Assembly (NCBI RefSeq): GCF_009914755.1
Contig: NC_060947.1
DNA from: the human T2T-CHM13v2.0 reference genome, Homo sapiens
Length of the DNA stretch: 64,000 nt
Strand: one strand, 5' to 3'
In this document: positions 1 to 16,474 of the stretch, in pieces
How positions within the stretch are numbered: the stretch's first letter is position 1
Layout: each line of letters starts with the position of its first letter
Translations under genes and position numbers: made by a program
Notes under the pieces: generated by a model
Told to the model about the DNA's origin: nothing
Databases searched by the model: none
The model's input: only the letters and a program-made list of their open reading frames with translations

Positions 1-488
1 TGTGCCACTGCACGCTCCAACCTGGGCGACGGAGACTCTGTCTCAAAAAAAAAAAAAAAATTTTGGCCAGGCACAGTGGATCACGCCTGTAATCCCAGCA
101 CTTTGGGAGGCCAAGGTGGGCAGATCACCTGAGGTCAGGAGTTCGAGACCAGCCTGGCCAACATTGGGAAATCCCTACTAAAAAATACAAAATAAAGTTG
201 GCTGGGCGTGGTGGCTCACGCCTGTAATCATAGCACTTTGGGAGACCGAGGGGGGGCAGATCACTTGAGGTCAGGAGTTCGAGACCAGCCTGGTAGACAT
301 GGTGAAACCCTGTCTCCACTAAACATACAAAAAGTAGCTGGGCATGGTGGTGCACTCCTGTAATCCCAGCTACTCGGGAGGCTGAGGTGGGAGATCGCTT
401 GAGCCCAGGAGGCAAAGGTTGCAGTGAGCTGAGACTGCACCACTGCACTATAGCCTGGGTGACAGAGCAAGACCCTGTCTCAAAAAAT
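1..488 (+). mobile_element. Alu cluster: 3' end (1-60), left monomer (65-196), full Alu (200-488)
   Basis: GCCTGTAATCCCAGC and GTTCGAGACCAGCC motifs, A tails. Confidence 0.93.
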
Positions 489-1779
489 ATATATATTTTT
501 GTAGACATGTAAAATGTCTATATATTCCATTTTAAACTTCTTTAAAAACAGAAAAAGAATAGTAGCAAATTACTTTATTGACCTATTAGGGAATGGAATA
601 GCTTCTCTGATCATTTCTTAACTGTTAGTTTTCAGAAAATGGAGTTAAATGTAAAAGCTCTCTAAGAAAAGAAAAATAAAACACTTGGGAAGCAAATGTA
701 CATAAACAATTTAAGGAAGAAGCATGCATTGTTTTACAAGCTATTTGTTCTATTGTCTATTTTTGCCTATAAAGGAGTAACTTTATACTGAATATTGTCC
801 ATTACATTTAATTATATATTATTAATACATGTATGGAGAATCTATCACAGCTATCCCTTACAGAGTTGAAAAATTCCAAAATTTCAACTCTCCTAGTATT
901 TAGGTATACCTGTTGTTTTAAGAGTTCAAGAAATGCTTCAGAAACTAGTTTAATCTCGCATCCTGATTGGGTATGTAGACGTGAACAACTTGAAAGACAC
1001 ATTTGGCCGTTTCCTGTTTTCCAAACTTCCCACTACCAACTATAAGTGTAATCTAAAAGTTGGTATCCACTCCATATTCAATATCCTGTATATAGTCTTT
1101 TCTAGGCAAAGAGATTTTCCAGTACTCAGAGTAAGTGTGGACAAGATATTCACCAAGAATATTAAATCCCATGTGTGCCTTGCCTGAAAAAGTAGACTTT
1201 CTCCTTTCTGTCTGGAATTCACATTAAGAATGCAATGCACTCTGAAAGAACAGGACTGCTTTTTAGGCAAGATCCAAAGGACACAATTTTTCACGTTTGA
1301 GTCCTCTTCTTATCTCCCTCAAAGGTCAATTTTCACTTAGCATTTGTCCTCTCGTTCCCCGACGTGAGATCTCTCAGATTCTACTGGGGCAGATCTGCTA
1401 CTTCAGCTGGAGAGGGCAGATGTCAATTACTTTCTTTCAAAGGGGGAAACCGCAGAACATTGATTAAGGGCAGGAGGGCTGGAGAGGGAGTACAAAATGG
1501 ACTGTCCTAGGATTTCAGCTCCACCTGACTGGGGCCCAGCCTTCCCAGCCCACGTCCCCACACCGGCCGCTCCATGTGAAACCGGTCATGTGAGCCTGTT
1601 TACAGCAGAGCAGCTGGTGCAACCATCAAGATCCGTGCAGAGGTCTGGGGAGGGGGAAGGATACAGGCCACGCACCCCCTACACCCTACCCCATTTTTCC
1701 AAGAAGGCGTTCGCTCTCCCCTCCCCGCCTCTCCACCCTACTTTCATCTCCCTCCAGGCAAAGAGAGTAAAGCTGAGGC

Positions 1780-2510
1780 TATCCCGGGACGCCTCGCTCC
1801 AACCCTGCCGATTTCCTTCCAGTTGCTCGCTGGGGCAACCGGCTAGGCTGGAGGAAGGGCGAGGACGGTGTCACCCCAAACGGGGAGTCAACTTCCCTCC
1901 CCCAGCCGTCCTCGGTGCATCCACCGAAGAGTTGTCCCGCGAGCCGCATCCCCGGGGCAACCGAACTCCGTCGGGCAGGCACCGAGAGGCTCCCGAGCCT
2001 GCCTTTGCCCGGGCAGGAGCGAGCTACACACCAGCTGGCCAGACCCTGGGGCCGGGCGCCGCGGGCGGCGGAGCCACCGCCAGTCACACACGGGACAGGA
2101 AAGGATCCCCTCCGTCTCCTCCCCGCCGCCCACCCGCATCCCGGCGCCGCGGAGCCCCGCTGTCAATCACAGAGCCAAGCTCCGGCTGTGCGGATGGGTC
2201 ATTCTTTGGCGGGGGGCTCTCAGCCACGTAACTTCCACATTTTCCCGAAGTCAGAGGAAGTGGGTGACGGGACGGTGGGGGACTCTCACCTCGGCAACAC
2301 CGGCTTCCTCGGAAAGCAGCTGCGACTGCTCCTCCGCTCCTTTGTCAGCGTCTCTAGGCTGCACTGCCTGCTGGGATACCGGAGGACTCAAATGCCACCT
2401 CTCTCCGCCCTAGAGGATGAGCCGCGGCTCGCGGGTGGGAGGCGAGAGGAAGAAGAGGTGGGGCTGGGGGCGGGGCCGGAGCCTGGGGCGGGGCTTCGGC
2501 CTTGCCACCT
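1780..2510. promoter_or_regulatory. CpG island / GC-box promoter of a minus-strand gene
   Basis: Dense CpG in very GC-rich unique sequence; two perfect GGGGCGGGGC Sp/KLF boxes at 2467-2476 and 2485-2494; no TATA box. Confidence 0.9.
2290..2400 (-). other. MOSPD1: Non-coding first exon, tentatively the MOSPD1 5'UTR; TSS approximate; intron runs off the left edge
   Basis: Minus strand reads CCGAG|GTGAGA (donor GT at 2289-2288) just downstream of the GC boxes. Gene identity is from recall of the 5'UTR and of an HMGB3 pseudogene in Xq26.3; needs BLAT. Confidence 0.5.
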
Positions 2511-2987
2511 GGCCTCTTGGGGTTTCTTCATTCATGCTCTAAACTTCTTCCTTCTCTGTCCTCTGATCTGCCCCTCCCCTCCCGCCTCCCCTTGAAGAGA
2601 CAGACTGGAGGCTCTCACAGAGGGCCATCTCTCTCTGCGCTCCTTAGGCAGTCCCTCTTGCCTCCTGTCCTGTCTCACTCTCCTGCACACACGCACCCAG
2701 TGAGTACTCAAGGCTAGTGGCTTCTATTCATACTTCCGAGACATGTCTTGTTGACCGCCTCAGGCTCCACCCCATCCTCAGAACCTGTTTAGGCCCCATG
2801 ACTTTTTGCTTGGACTCCTTCAGTAGCCTCCTGTTTGAACTCTGCTTCCACTCTTACCTCAGTCTAAACCATCTCCCAGAAAGCAGCCAGAGGTATCGAT
2901 CTAAGATGTACACATGACCACGTTACTTTTCTCCTTAAAATCTTTCAGTCTCAACAGTACCTACGACACCTTAGCATGGTATATAAA

Positions 2988-3390
2988 GTGGGCCAAGGCA
3001 GGCAGATCCCTTGAGGTCAGGAGTTCAAGACCAGCCTGGGCAACATGCTGAAACTCCATCTCTACTAAACATACAAAAATTAGCCAGGCGCCGTGGCTCA
3101 CGCCTGTAATTCCAGCACTTTGCGAGGTTGAGGTGGGCAGGTCACTTGAAGCCAGGAGTTCGAGACCAGCCTGGCCAATATGGCAAAACCCATCTCTACT
3201 AAAAATACAAAAATTAGCCAGGTGTGGTGGTGCATGCCTGTAGTCCCAGCTACTCTGGAGGCTGAGGCATGAGAATCGCTTGAATCTGGGAGGTACAAGG
3301 CTGCAGTGAGCCAATATCATTGTGCCACTGCACTCCAGCCTGGGTGACAGTCAGATGCTCTCTGAAAAAAAAAAAAAAAGAAAAGAAAAA
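2988..3390 (+). mobile_element. Partial Alu left arm followed by a full Alu
   Basis: Alu consensus motifs, A tail. Confidence 0.9.
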
Positions 3391-3504
3391 TAGAGGTTGT
3401 ACATATTTTCGGAGTTCAGGTGATATTTTGATATCTTCATATAATGTGTAACAATCAAATCAGAGTAATTAGGATACCCATCACCTCAGAAGTTTGTCTT
3501 TTCT

Positions 3505-3870
<366 letters not shown>

Positions 3871-3997
3871 TTACTGTAAACTATAGTTACCCTACTGAAG
3901 TATCGAATACTAGCTCTCATTCCTTCTGAAACTATGAAACAACTAGAAAAACATATTGGGGAAATGCTTCAGGACAGGGCAAAGATATTTTGGGTAA

Positions 3998-4362
<365 letters not shown>

Positions 4363-4621
4363 TGGAGGTCATTATCTTAAGTGAAATAAGCCAAGGACAG
4401 AAAGACAAATATTCAATGCTCTCACTCATTGTGGGAGTAAAAAAGTGGATCTCATAAAGATAGAGAGTAGATTGGTAGTTATTAGAGGCTGGGAAGGGGA
4501 GGGGAGAAGGGTGTATTGAAGAGAGGTTGATGAATGGGTAGAAATATTTTCTCCCATTCTGTAGATTGTCTCTTCACTTTGTTGAATGTTTCCTTTGCTG
4601 TACAGAAGCTCTTAAGATTGA

Positions 4622-5076
<455 letters not shown>

Positions 5077-5416
5077 TGATTTGATTTTTGTATATGGTGA
5101 GAGGTAGGGGTCTAGTTTCATTCTTTTGCATATGGTTATCCAGTTTTCCCAGCACCATTTATTGAAGAGGCTGTTCTTTCCCCAAGGTATGTTCTTGGGA
5201 TCTTTTTTCAAAAACGAATTGGCTGTAAATGCATGGACTTTTTCCAGGGTTCTCTATTCTGTTCCATTGGTCTACAGGTTTGTATTTATGCTGGTAGCAA
5301 GCTGTTTTGGTTACTATGGCTTTGTAACCAAAGTATACTTTGAAGTAAGGCAGTGTGATGCCTCCAGCTTTGTTCTTTTTGCTCAGGATCTCTGCAACCC
5401 TCTTCTTCTTTTTAAA

Positions 5417-5522
5417 AAAATATGGAATGCTTCATGAATCTGTTTGTCATCCCTGTGCAGGGGCCATGCTAATCTTCTCTATGTTGTTCCATTTTTAGTA
5501 TATGTGCTGCCAAAGAAAGCAC
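5417..5522 (-). pseudogene. U6 snRNA retropseudogene, full length, diverged
   Basis: Reverse complement follows U6 from the GTGCT start to ATTCCATATTTT; flanking 14-bp repeat TGCAA(C/T)CCTCTTCT. Confidence 0.93.
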
Positions 5523-6417
5523 TGCAATCCTCTTCTGATGTACCCTATACTCTAGCCCAATACATTTGGCCATCCGTAGAAGAGAGCAGGGTCTGGGACA
5601 ACTCAACCAGCACTGGCTACCTCAAATACTCTCCCTTGAAAGGAGGCCACACTATCAGTAACTTCCATAGGTCCCTTGGAGTATAACTAAAGATACAATT
5701 TTCAAAATTAAATTGTATTGATGCTCACAGGAAGAGTAAGGTGAAGTGTTGACCGATCCCCTCTCCATAAGAAAAAGGCCCAAAGAATTCTCCCCAGTTG
5801 CCCTACCCAGGCTGCCAGTAGATCTTCCTTAAGCTCATGCCTCTGATAACTTTGTTCACAGATTTCCTCAATTTATAATGCCCTTCTCTGTCTTTGGAAT
5901 ACCTACTTATCTTTCAAGGCCCAGTGGAAATGCTCCTTCCTCCACTAACCTTCCAGGATCTTCCATGAGAACTATTAACTCCTGCTCCATCACCATAGAA
6001 TGTTGCTTATTCTGCTTTACAATTCATCTTAGGTAATCACTAGCCACATGTATATCTTCCTTTCTCTCCTACCTAGACTATGAATTCTTCAGGATGCCAG
6101 CACAATGCCTGATCCAGAAATGACATTAATACCATTTGATGAAATAAAATCCGTCATCTCCATTGCATCTGAAGCCCTAAGTAGGCCCAGAAAGGACCCT
6201 AGGCAAGGCCTCATACAACAACCATCCACCCTTCCCTAGGACATCTCCAACTTAAACTGGCCATGTGTCACTTTTGCAAATACAAACTGGTTAGGCAGCA
6301 GGGCGTTGCAAAAGGACCAATGCTTGTACTTCCCTTGCAGGTCAGACTGGTTTGTGGTATAATATGCGGTTGTGGAAAATGTAACTGGTACAGCTCACAT
6401 AAGAATCCAGTATGGAA

Positions 6418-6822
<405 letters not shown>

Positions 6823-8340
6823 CTACCCTTGGGCTTGTTATCTCTTCAGATCTTATAAATTGGAAGATTTCTTCTTTTGCAAAAGTGGGCATCTTGTTTT
6901 GTGTTGTTCTTGCATCATTTAAGATACATTTGCTTTCTTTCCAATTATATCACAAGTTACACTCTGGAGGGTTTGCAGGTTGCAGTGAGCCAAGATCACA
7001 CCACTGCACTCCTGGGCAACAGCCTGGGCAACAAAGAAAGACTTTGTCTCAAAACAAACAAACAAACAAAAAGGGTGAATGGTCTCCCTTTTAGTAAAGC
7101 CTGTGTTAGTTACTTCAGGAAAGATGCAGAGTCCGCTAGGCATTGGCACTGGCAGTCTTGGGATTAGGACTCAGTGAGAGCCTACTGTTCATAGCCTTTA
7201 TATACGAGTGCTATTTTTGAGCTGAGGTGAGTTTGAGAGGGGCCTTATGAGAGGAGTGGGGAATATTGCCTAGTTCTCCCATTACCTTGAGGCAAGGGCT
7301 GGAGACCAAAAGATGTGGCTAAAACAGGGTTGAACACCAATAAGGCTTCGGCTGCATTCTCATTAGCTGACAATCCAGACACATGGTCAATCCAGCCATA
7401 AAAAGGTACTAAAAATCACACCTTTAATTCTAGACTGTTCAGACATGTTGCATTGCCAGTCCATTTTAGTAGCCTTTGCCCAGAGCTCCTCTCCTGTTAT
7501 TTCTTGCCATAGCTCATTTTGGAAAAAAATTAAGGAACAGGAATCATAATTGCAGTCATTCAGTGGCAGAGCAGACAATAGAGACCCGTTTTAATTCCCT
7601 AGAGCACTTTTTGCAAAAGTAGGAACTGATTTCCACTGTTGCACTAACTAGCTGTACCTTTTTTCTTCCTGGGCCTTGAAATTCACTTCATAAAATGAAG
7701 CTGCTGGACTAGAACGAGTCTGTGGCAGGCCTGGTCAGAAATTTCTGTTCAAGGTCCTGGAACTAGCCTTTCTCCTGTCTTGATTCCTTGTGCAAGTTTA
7801 TAGAATCAAGCCACAGAGAAACTGCCCTGTATTTCTCATCACTCCTACCCCATGACCCATATAAGTTAAATAAAAATGACTAATCAAGTTAATCAAGAGC
7901 ACTTGAATTGCCTGCTAGACGTCAACACTATGTATGAACAACTTTGTTTTATTCTTTAAATAGTGGGAGCATTTTCCATGCTCCAGAGCTTGGGGTGGCC
8001 TCAGGGATGCCAAGAACCCTATGACTTAGTGAGCCTGTGGGCAGAGCTAAGGATGGTTTTTCACCTTCTGTAGTAGCAACCAGGGCACCTGTACTCTTTG
8101 CACCTGTCAGGTTACAACACTGTTACACAAGGCTATCTATTCACCATGCTAGAGAAAATTGACCAAGACAAGGAGACTGTCTTGGGCATAGTATTAAGGG
8201 GAAAGAAATAAAAGTCAGGAATTCCTTGTGAATGTGGAAAATAACCATGGAATGAGGCATATGAGGCAGTGTGGTTCACTGGAAGAAACATAGAGTCATG
8301 AGCTGTGGAAACTGGCGTAAGTTGCTTAAATTCTCTGAGC

Positions 8341-8552
<212 letters not shown>

Positions 8553-8894
8553 TTACCTGAGCTCAGATCCTTCATTTGTGAAACTTTCCTTCATAAGGTA
8601 GCCTGAGTAGAGGAAATAATGCATGTCTGTAAAGTGACTAGAACACAGAAGGCACTCATATATATGTTTATATTATGAAGAAGCTGGGACTTGATGAAGA
8701 ATGAAATAAAGGCCATGGCCACTGAGATTAGTCAACTTTGTTGTAAAAATTCAAGAGGCTGTTGATAATGGGGGAGGCTGTGCATATGTGGGGGCAGGGG
8801 CTAAATGGGATATCTTGGTACCTTCCTCTCAGTTTTGCTATGAACCTAAAACTGCTCTAAAACAATAATGTCTTTAAGAAAAACTATCAAGGGG

Positions 8895-9245
<351 letters not shown>

Positions 9246-9795
9246 CTAATGATGTTGTAGACCAGATACTGTCTTAGGTCACCCTCAATTGCAGCTCATG
9301 TCTCAGCATCCTCCAGGGATTTCCAAGTGGTAATTCATACTTGGTGTCTCCACGCTCTTGGACATTTGTGCATGCTATTTTCACCCTGTCCGGTACCAAA
9401 CCCTGATGAGTGTTGCTATTTTCCACAAGAAATCCAGATACAATCAGCATTTTCTAAATTTGTCAATTTTACTGCAATTCTTAAGGATTGTGGGGGAGAT
9501 CCCACATCATACCCTGAGTAGCTTTGTACTATCCCACTGTCTCTACTCTCTTCCACTCTGTTCCTTTCCAAAGTCTGTACTTCCTGTGGCCTTATCCTTT
9601 ATACTTAGCTCCTTGGCTTCTCTCATAAATGGCAGGCCCACAAGGTTCATCTGGAATTCTCTATCTAGCAATCTGGTAGGTGCTCAATGAAACATATTTA
9701 AAACTTAAAACTGGACTGAGACTTTTGAAACACCCAGTTGAGGGAATATGCCAAAGGGCATCACTGAAATTTCATTAAGCATCCAAGATGTATAA

Positions 9796-10195
<400 letters not shown>

Positions 10196-10454
10196 AAACC
10201 ACAAGTTTTTAAGGTAAGCATGTGCGTCACAGCACTTCTGGGAATATGTCCTCACAGAGGCACAGATGATTTCAATGACTGGGGTGAGCAAGCCACAGCA
10301 AGGGGAGATTCTGCAATAACATATACTTAAGATATAGCTTGTATATAATTATACTCCACTTCAGCCCATGTGATTTTGTACTTCAAAAGTGACCAGCTCT
10401 ATAATCCAGCTGTAAGTATTTTCCCAAATGTCCACTGCAAGAGGCAGGTATACT

Positions 10455-10600
10455 ATACTGCAGTGCAGTGGTTAAGAGCGTGGATAAGAGGCATTCAGAC
10501 CTGGGTTAAAACTTCATTTTGAAACTTACTAGCTGTGTGTGACCTTGGGCCAGTTTGCCTCTTGTAGCTTCAGTTTCCTTATTTGCAAAATAGGGGTGAT
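10455..10600 (+). mobile_element. MIR
   Basis: Core motif TACTAGCTGTGTGTGACCTTGGGC...CAGTTTCCTTATTTGCAAAATAGGG. Confidence 0.75.
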
Positions 10601-10905
10601 TATATAAATGTTGATGTTCTCAGTATAACTCTTCAAAACACATTTTTAATGTTGGCATTTGGAGTAACACCAGCATCTAGATACATATTTAGAATCAGTA
10701 ACTTTCCTAAATACATGAAATTCAGCATTTGAAATATCTAAACTACATTTTTAAAAGCCAATTCTAGTTTAAGCTGGTTACGCACACCCAAACAAGTTCC
10801 TAGTCTTTGAAGTAAAACCCCCAAATAAAAAACCAGTAAAAAACTAAGTTACACAAGATTATGTCCCCAGAATACACTTTCACCAGTGGTACTTTATTAT
10901 TAATT

Positions 10906-11548
10906 TTTTTTTTTTTTAGAGACAGGATCTTATTCTGTCTCCCAGGCTGGAGTGGAGTGGCACGATCATAGCTCACTGCTGCCTTGAACTCCTAGACTCA
11001 AGGGATCCTCCTGCCTCAACTTTCCGACCTGCCTCAGCCTTCCAACCCACCTCAGTCTTCCGAGTAGCTGGGACTAAAAGCACATGCCATGACACCTGGT
11101 TAATTTTTTATTTATTTTTTCTTTTTCTTTTTTTTGAGACAGTCTCATTCTGTCGCCCAGGCTGGAGTGCAGTGGTGCGATCGCAGTTCACTGCAACCTC
11201 CACCTCCCAGGCAAGCGACTCTCCTGCCTCAGCCTCCTGAGTAGAGGGGATTAGAGGCATGCGCCACCATGCCCGGCTAATTTTTGTATTTTTAGTAGAG
11301 ATGAGGTTTCATCATGTTGGTCAGGCTGGTATCGAATTCCCAACCTCGTGTTCCGCCTGCCTCAGCCTCCCAGAGTGCTGGGATTACAGGCATGAGCCAC
11401 TGCGCCTGGCCTAATTTTTTATTTTTTGTAGAGATGGGGGTCTCCCTTTGTTGCTCAGGCTGGCCTCAAACTCCTGGCTTCAAGCAATCCTCCCACCTTG
11501 GCTTCCCTGCCTCCTGCTTGGGATTACAGGTGTAAGCCACTGTACTGG
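10906..11548 (-). mobile_element. AluJ split at its linker by an AluS (about 11120-11411)
   Basis: Right arm, complete dimer, then left arm. Confidence 0.88.
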
Positions 11549-11736
11549 GTCTACCAGTGGTACTTTTAAGCTGGCATGCTTAAACTTGCCTAACTGTATA
11601 TGCTCAGCAGTGATAGTCCATGATTGCCTGTCCCCTTGTTCAGAACACTTGGGGCAATTTTTGTTTTTTTCAGAACAAAGGCATATCTGCCTCAAAGAAG
11701 TGTACAATTCCATACTTCTTAAGATACAGAAAATGC

Positions 11737-12462
<726 letters not shown>

Positions 12463-12601
12463 CTTGCAGCTTTGAAATGAATGTTGTTGTTGCTGTTTCA
12501 AACCTTAGCTGTATTCTGGAGACCTGAGTTTGCTCCTCCCAGAGGCTGTCAGGACAAAATCTAGGATAGCTTAAGCCCCTCTAGTTACATATTACTCCCA
12601 C

Positions 12602-13799
12602 TGAGAGGTGACAGCATGCTGGCAGCCCTCACTCGCTCTCCGCGCCTCCTTGGCCTCGGCGCCCACTCTGGTCCCACTTGAGAAGCCCTTCGGCCCGCTG
12701 CTGCATTGTGGGAGCCCCTCTCTGGGCTGGCTGAGGCCGGAGCCGGCTCCCTCTGCTTGTGGGGAGGTGTGGAGGGAGAGGCGCAGGTGGGAACTGGGGC
12801 TGAGTTCCAGGTGGGCGTGGGCTCGACGGGCCCCAAGCTCAGAGTGGCCAGGCTGGCTCCGCAGGCCCGGGGCACTGAGGGGCTTAGCACCCCGGCCAGC
12901 AGCTGCGGAGGGTGCGCCAGGTCCCCCAGCAGTGCCTGCCCACCAGCGCTGCGCTCCAGTTCTCCCCGGGCCCCTGCTGCCTCCGGTGGGGCAGGGCTTG
13001 GGACCTGCAGCCCGCCATGCCCGAGCCTCCCCCGCACCTGGGGCTCCTGCACAGTCCAAGCCGCCCCCTGCTCCGTGGTGCCCCGTCCCATCGATGGCCC
13101 AAGGTCTGAGGAGTGCGGATTCACTGAGTGCTGGACTGGTGGGCAGTTCCGCCTGTGGCCCCTGTGCAGGATCCACTAGGTGAAGCCAGCTGAGCTCCTG
13201 AGTCTAGTGGGGACTTGGAGAACCTTTGTCTAGCTAAGGGATTGTAAATACACCAATCAGCACCCTGTGTCTAGCTCAAGGTTTGTAAATGCACCAATCA
13301 GTGCTCTGTGCCTAGCTAATCTAGTGGGGACTTGGAGAACTTTTGTGTCTAGCTCAGGGATTGTAAACACACCAATCAGCACCCTGTCAAAATGGACCAA
13401 TCAGCTCTCTGTAAAATAGGCCAATCAGCAGGATGTGGGTGGGGCCAGATAAGAGAATAAAAGCAGGCTGCCTGAGCTCAAGTGGCAACCTGCTTGGGTT
13501 GGCTTCCACGGTGTGAAAGCTGTTCTCTTTTGGTCTTTGCAATAAATCTTGCTGTTGTTCACTTTTTGGGTCTGCACTACCTTTACGAGCTGTAACACTC
13601 ACTGTGAAGGTCTGCAGCTTCACTCCTGAGGCCAGTGAGACCACGAACCCACCAGAGAGAAGAAACTCTGAACACGTGTGAACATCAGAAGGAACAAACT
13701 CCAGACACTCCGCCTTTAAGAACTGTAACACTCACCACGAGGGTTTGCGGCTTCATTCTTGAAGTCAGTGAGACCAAGAACCCACCAATTCCGGATACA
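12602..13799 (+). mobile_element. LTR12 (ERV9) solo LTR, C/D/E-like
   Basis: TGAGAGGTGACAGCATGCTGGCAG start, CCAATTCCGGATACA end, repeated CCAATCAG, 4-bp TSD CCAC. Confidence 0.96.
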
Positions 13800-14345
13800 C
13801 CACCATCTCCCAATTATGCTTCTTGCCCTAATTCTCTGCTTGTCCTATTACTTGAAGTTCCACTCTTCCCTCAGCAACCAAAAACTTCTATCATGCCTTT
13901 TCTGGAATGGCTGCTATATAACTATGACGTACCTTTATATCCTCAACACCTTTTATGAGCATTTTTCCACCTCCTTAGTGGAAATCTGATTTTCCTCTGA
14001 GAACACCATTTCCTCTGTAGCCCCGTTCAATGGTAGCTACTTAATCTCTCAGCACTCCACCTTCCATAGTCTGGGAGGTGGGGTTGGTGTCTTCCACACT
14101 GGGGAATGCCACTTTCAAACCATTACTCCTTCCTTTGAGTTACATGCTGTTTGGCTATGATAATGCTTCCCCATCTTGGTCCTTGTTATCTACTGAACTC
14201 CTGGCCACTCCTGTGTATTCACTGGAGACTTTAGCAAGTGGCTTTTAGTCTTGCTGTCTACTGTAAGTCCTGCTGCCATCATTCTGGGGGACTTAAGTGT
14301 CCACATGGTCAACCCACCCATTAACCTGGCCATTCTGTCCGTTGA

Positions 14346-14647
<302 letters not shown>

Positions 14648-14747
14648 TTACCTCCTAATTTCTAATGACCTTCTCCTCCACACAGCCACCCACTTCAACT
14701 GTTGCACCCTAGACCTTATAAACAGCAGAAACTTACCCTACCTAATT

Positions 14748-14954
14748 CAAGCTTGTCCAATCCATGGTCCATGGGCTGCATGCAGCCCAGGATGGTTTTG
14801 AATGCAGCCCAAGACAAATTTGTAAACTTTCTTAAAATGTTATTTTTTTGTGATTTTTTGTAGCTCATCTGCTGTCTTAGTGTATTTTATGTGTGGCTGA
14901 AGACAATTCTTCTTCCAGTGTGGCCCAGGGAAGCCAAAAGATTGGACACCCCTG
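14748..14954 (+). mobile_element. MER30 (hAT-Charlie MITE)
   Basis: Ends AGATTGGACACCCCTG; 8-bp TSD (A/C)CCTAATT. Confidence 0.88.
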
Positions 14955-15189
14955 CCCTAATTTGAAATTCTACTTTCTGATCAAACCTCCCCGTATGCCA
15001 TTTTCCCTTCAATTACTCCACTATACCTGTTTTTTTTTTTTCTTCGACGAGGAGATACTTGGCTGGCTATGAACACTAATTCTGTTCCTCTTTGATGCTA
15101 ACAGAAACCCACTTTTTTTCCACGATCCATCTTTTAGGGAATGTGATTCTATTTATCAGCTTTGGGGTCAGTCCTGATTAATCTAAAAT

Positions 15190-15745
15190 GACAATTTTCA
15201 AATTGTGGTCCATATTGGTCCCTTTCCAAGGTTTCATAAAGTCAAAACAACTTGCAAAATAATAGTCATTATTTGCCTTTTTTTTTCTTTGTGGGCAATT
15301 TCACTGATGGTGTAAAAGCAATGGTAAGTAAAACTGCAGGTGCACTGGCACACAAATCAAGACAGTAGCATCAGCCTACTAATGGTCATTATACTTTTCC
15401 CCACCACACACTTGAAGAAAGAAAAAAAATCAAATTTTACCTGATTAAGCAGTGAAAATTACTAATTTTATTAAATATCAACTTTTGAGTACAGGTGTTA
15501 ATATTCTGTGTGACAAAATAGGAAGTATGCATAAACCACTCTGTATACAAAAGTATGATGGTTATCTCAAAAATAAAAACAACTTGTTATTTGAGTTGCA
15601 AACTGAACTAGCTGATTTTGTCATGGAACTCCATTTTTACTTGAAAGAATAGCTGACAGACAAACTATGGTTATTTAGACTTGAGTATCTGGCAGATTAT
15701 TTTTCATAAGTGAATGAAGTGAGCTTGTCACTTTAAAAAAACAAC
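15190..15745 (+). mobile_element. Charlie1-like hAT transposon fragment
   Basis: TTGAAAGAATAGCTGACAGACAAACTATGGTTATTTAGACTTGAGTATCTGGCAGA. Confidence 0.75.
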
Positions 15746-16087
15746 CTTTGTTCTTCACTGCTTTCAACTGTGACAAATGCTCCTGAGCAATCAAAGAAGA
15801 TGAAAAACAAAAAAATCCATTAGATTTAAGAACATGAAGGTACTGCTCACCTTCTCAAAAGATTTCACTAGAATGGTGTGGGCGGAATACAGATTAAGGT
15901 AGATTGAGAAATGAGTGGGAAGTGAAAAAAATGGAAGCAGTAAGAATAGACAACTCTTTGAAGAAGTTTAACAATGAAGGGGAAAAGGATAGAATGGTAG
16001 CTGGAAGGAGGAGTGGGATCAAGGAAAATTATCCTAAAGATGTGAGAGACTTGAGCTTGTATAAACAATGATGGAATGGAGAAAATA

Positions 16088-16474
16088 TTAGGTTGGTGCA
16101 AAAGTAAGTGCGGCTTTTTCCAATTAAAACTAATGGCAGGCTGGGCGCGCTGGCTCACGCCTGTAATCCCAGCACTTTGGGAGGCCAAGGCAGGCTAATC
16201 ACGAGGTCAGGAGTTTGAGACCAGCCTGGCCAACATGGTGAAAACCCGTCTCTACTAAAAATACAAAAAATTAACTGGGCGTAGTGGCAGGCGCCTGTAA
16301 TCCCAGCTACTCGGGAGGCTGAGGCAGGAGAATCATTGAACCTGGGAGGCAGAGGTTGCAGTGAGCCGAGATCGTGCCACTACGCTCCGGTCCAGGAGAC
16401 AGAGTGAGACTCTGTCTCCAAAAAAAAAAAAAAAAGTAAAGGCAAAAATCGCAATTACTCTTGCACCAACCTAA
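16088..16474. mobile_element. MADE1 (Hsmar1 MITE) split by an Alu (16139-16436)
   Basis: TIRs TTAGGTTGGTGCAAAAGTAA and TTACTCTTGCACCAACCTAA, TA on both sides. Confidence 0.92.

Noticed and set aside
1497-2595. Long ORFs (244, 181 and 226 aa) over the CpG island
   Set aside because: Overlapping P/R/G/A-rich frames expected from stop-poor GC-rich DNA; no recognisable domain
11009-11070. Three degenerate ~18-bp CCTGCCTCAGCCTTCC units
   Set aside because: Local slippage inside an Alu right arm
12585-13183. 150-194 aa ORFs on both strands
   Set aside because: Fall within the GC-rich U3 of LTR12
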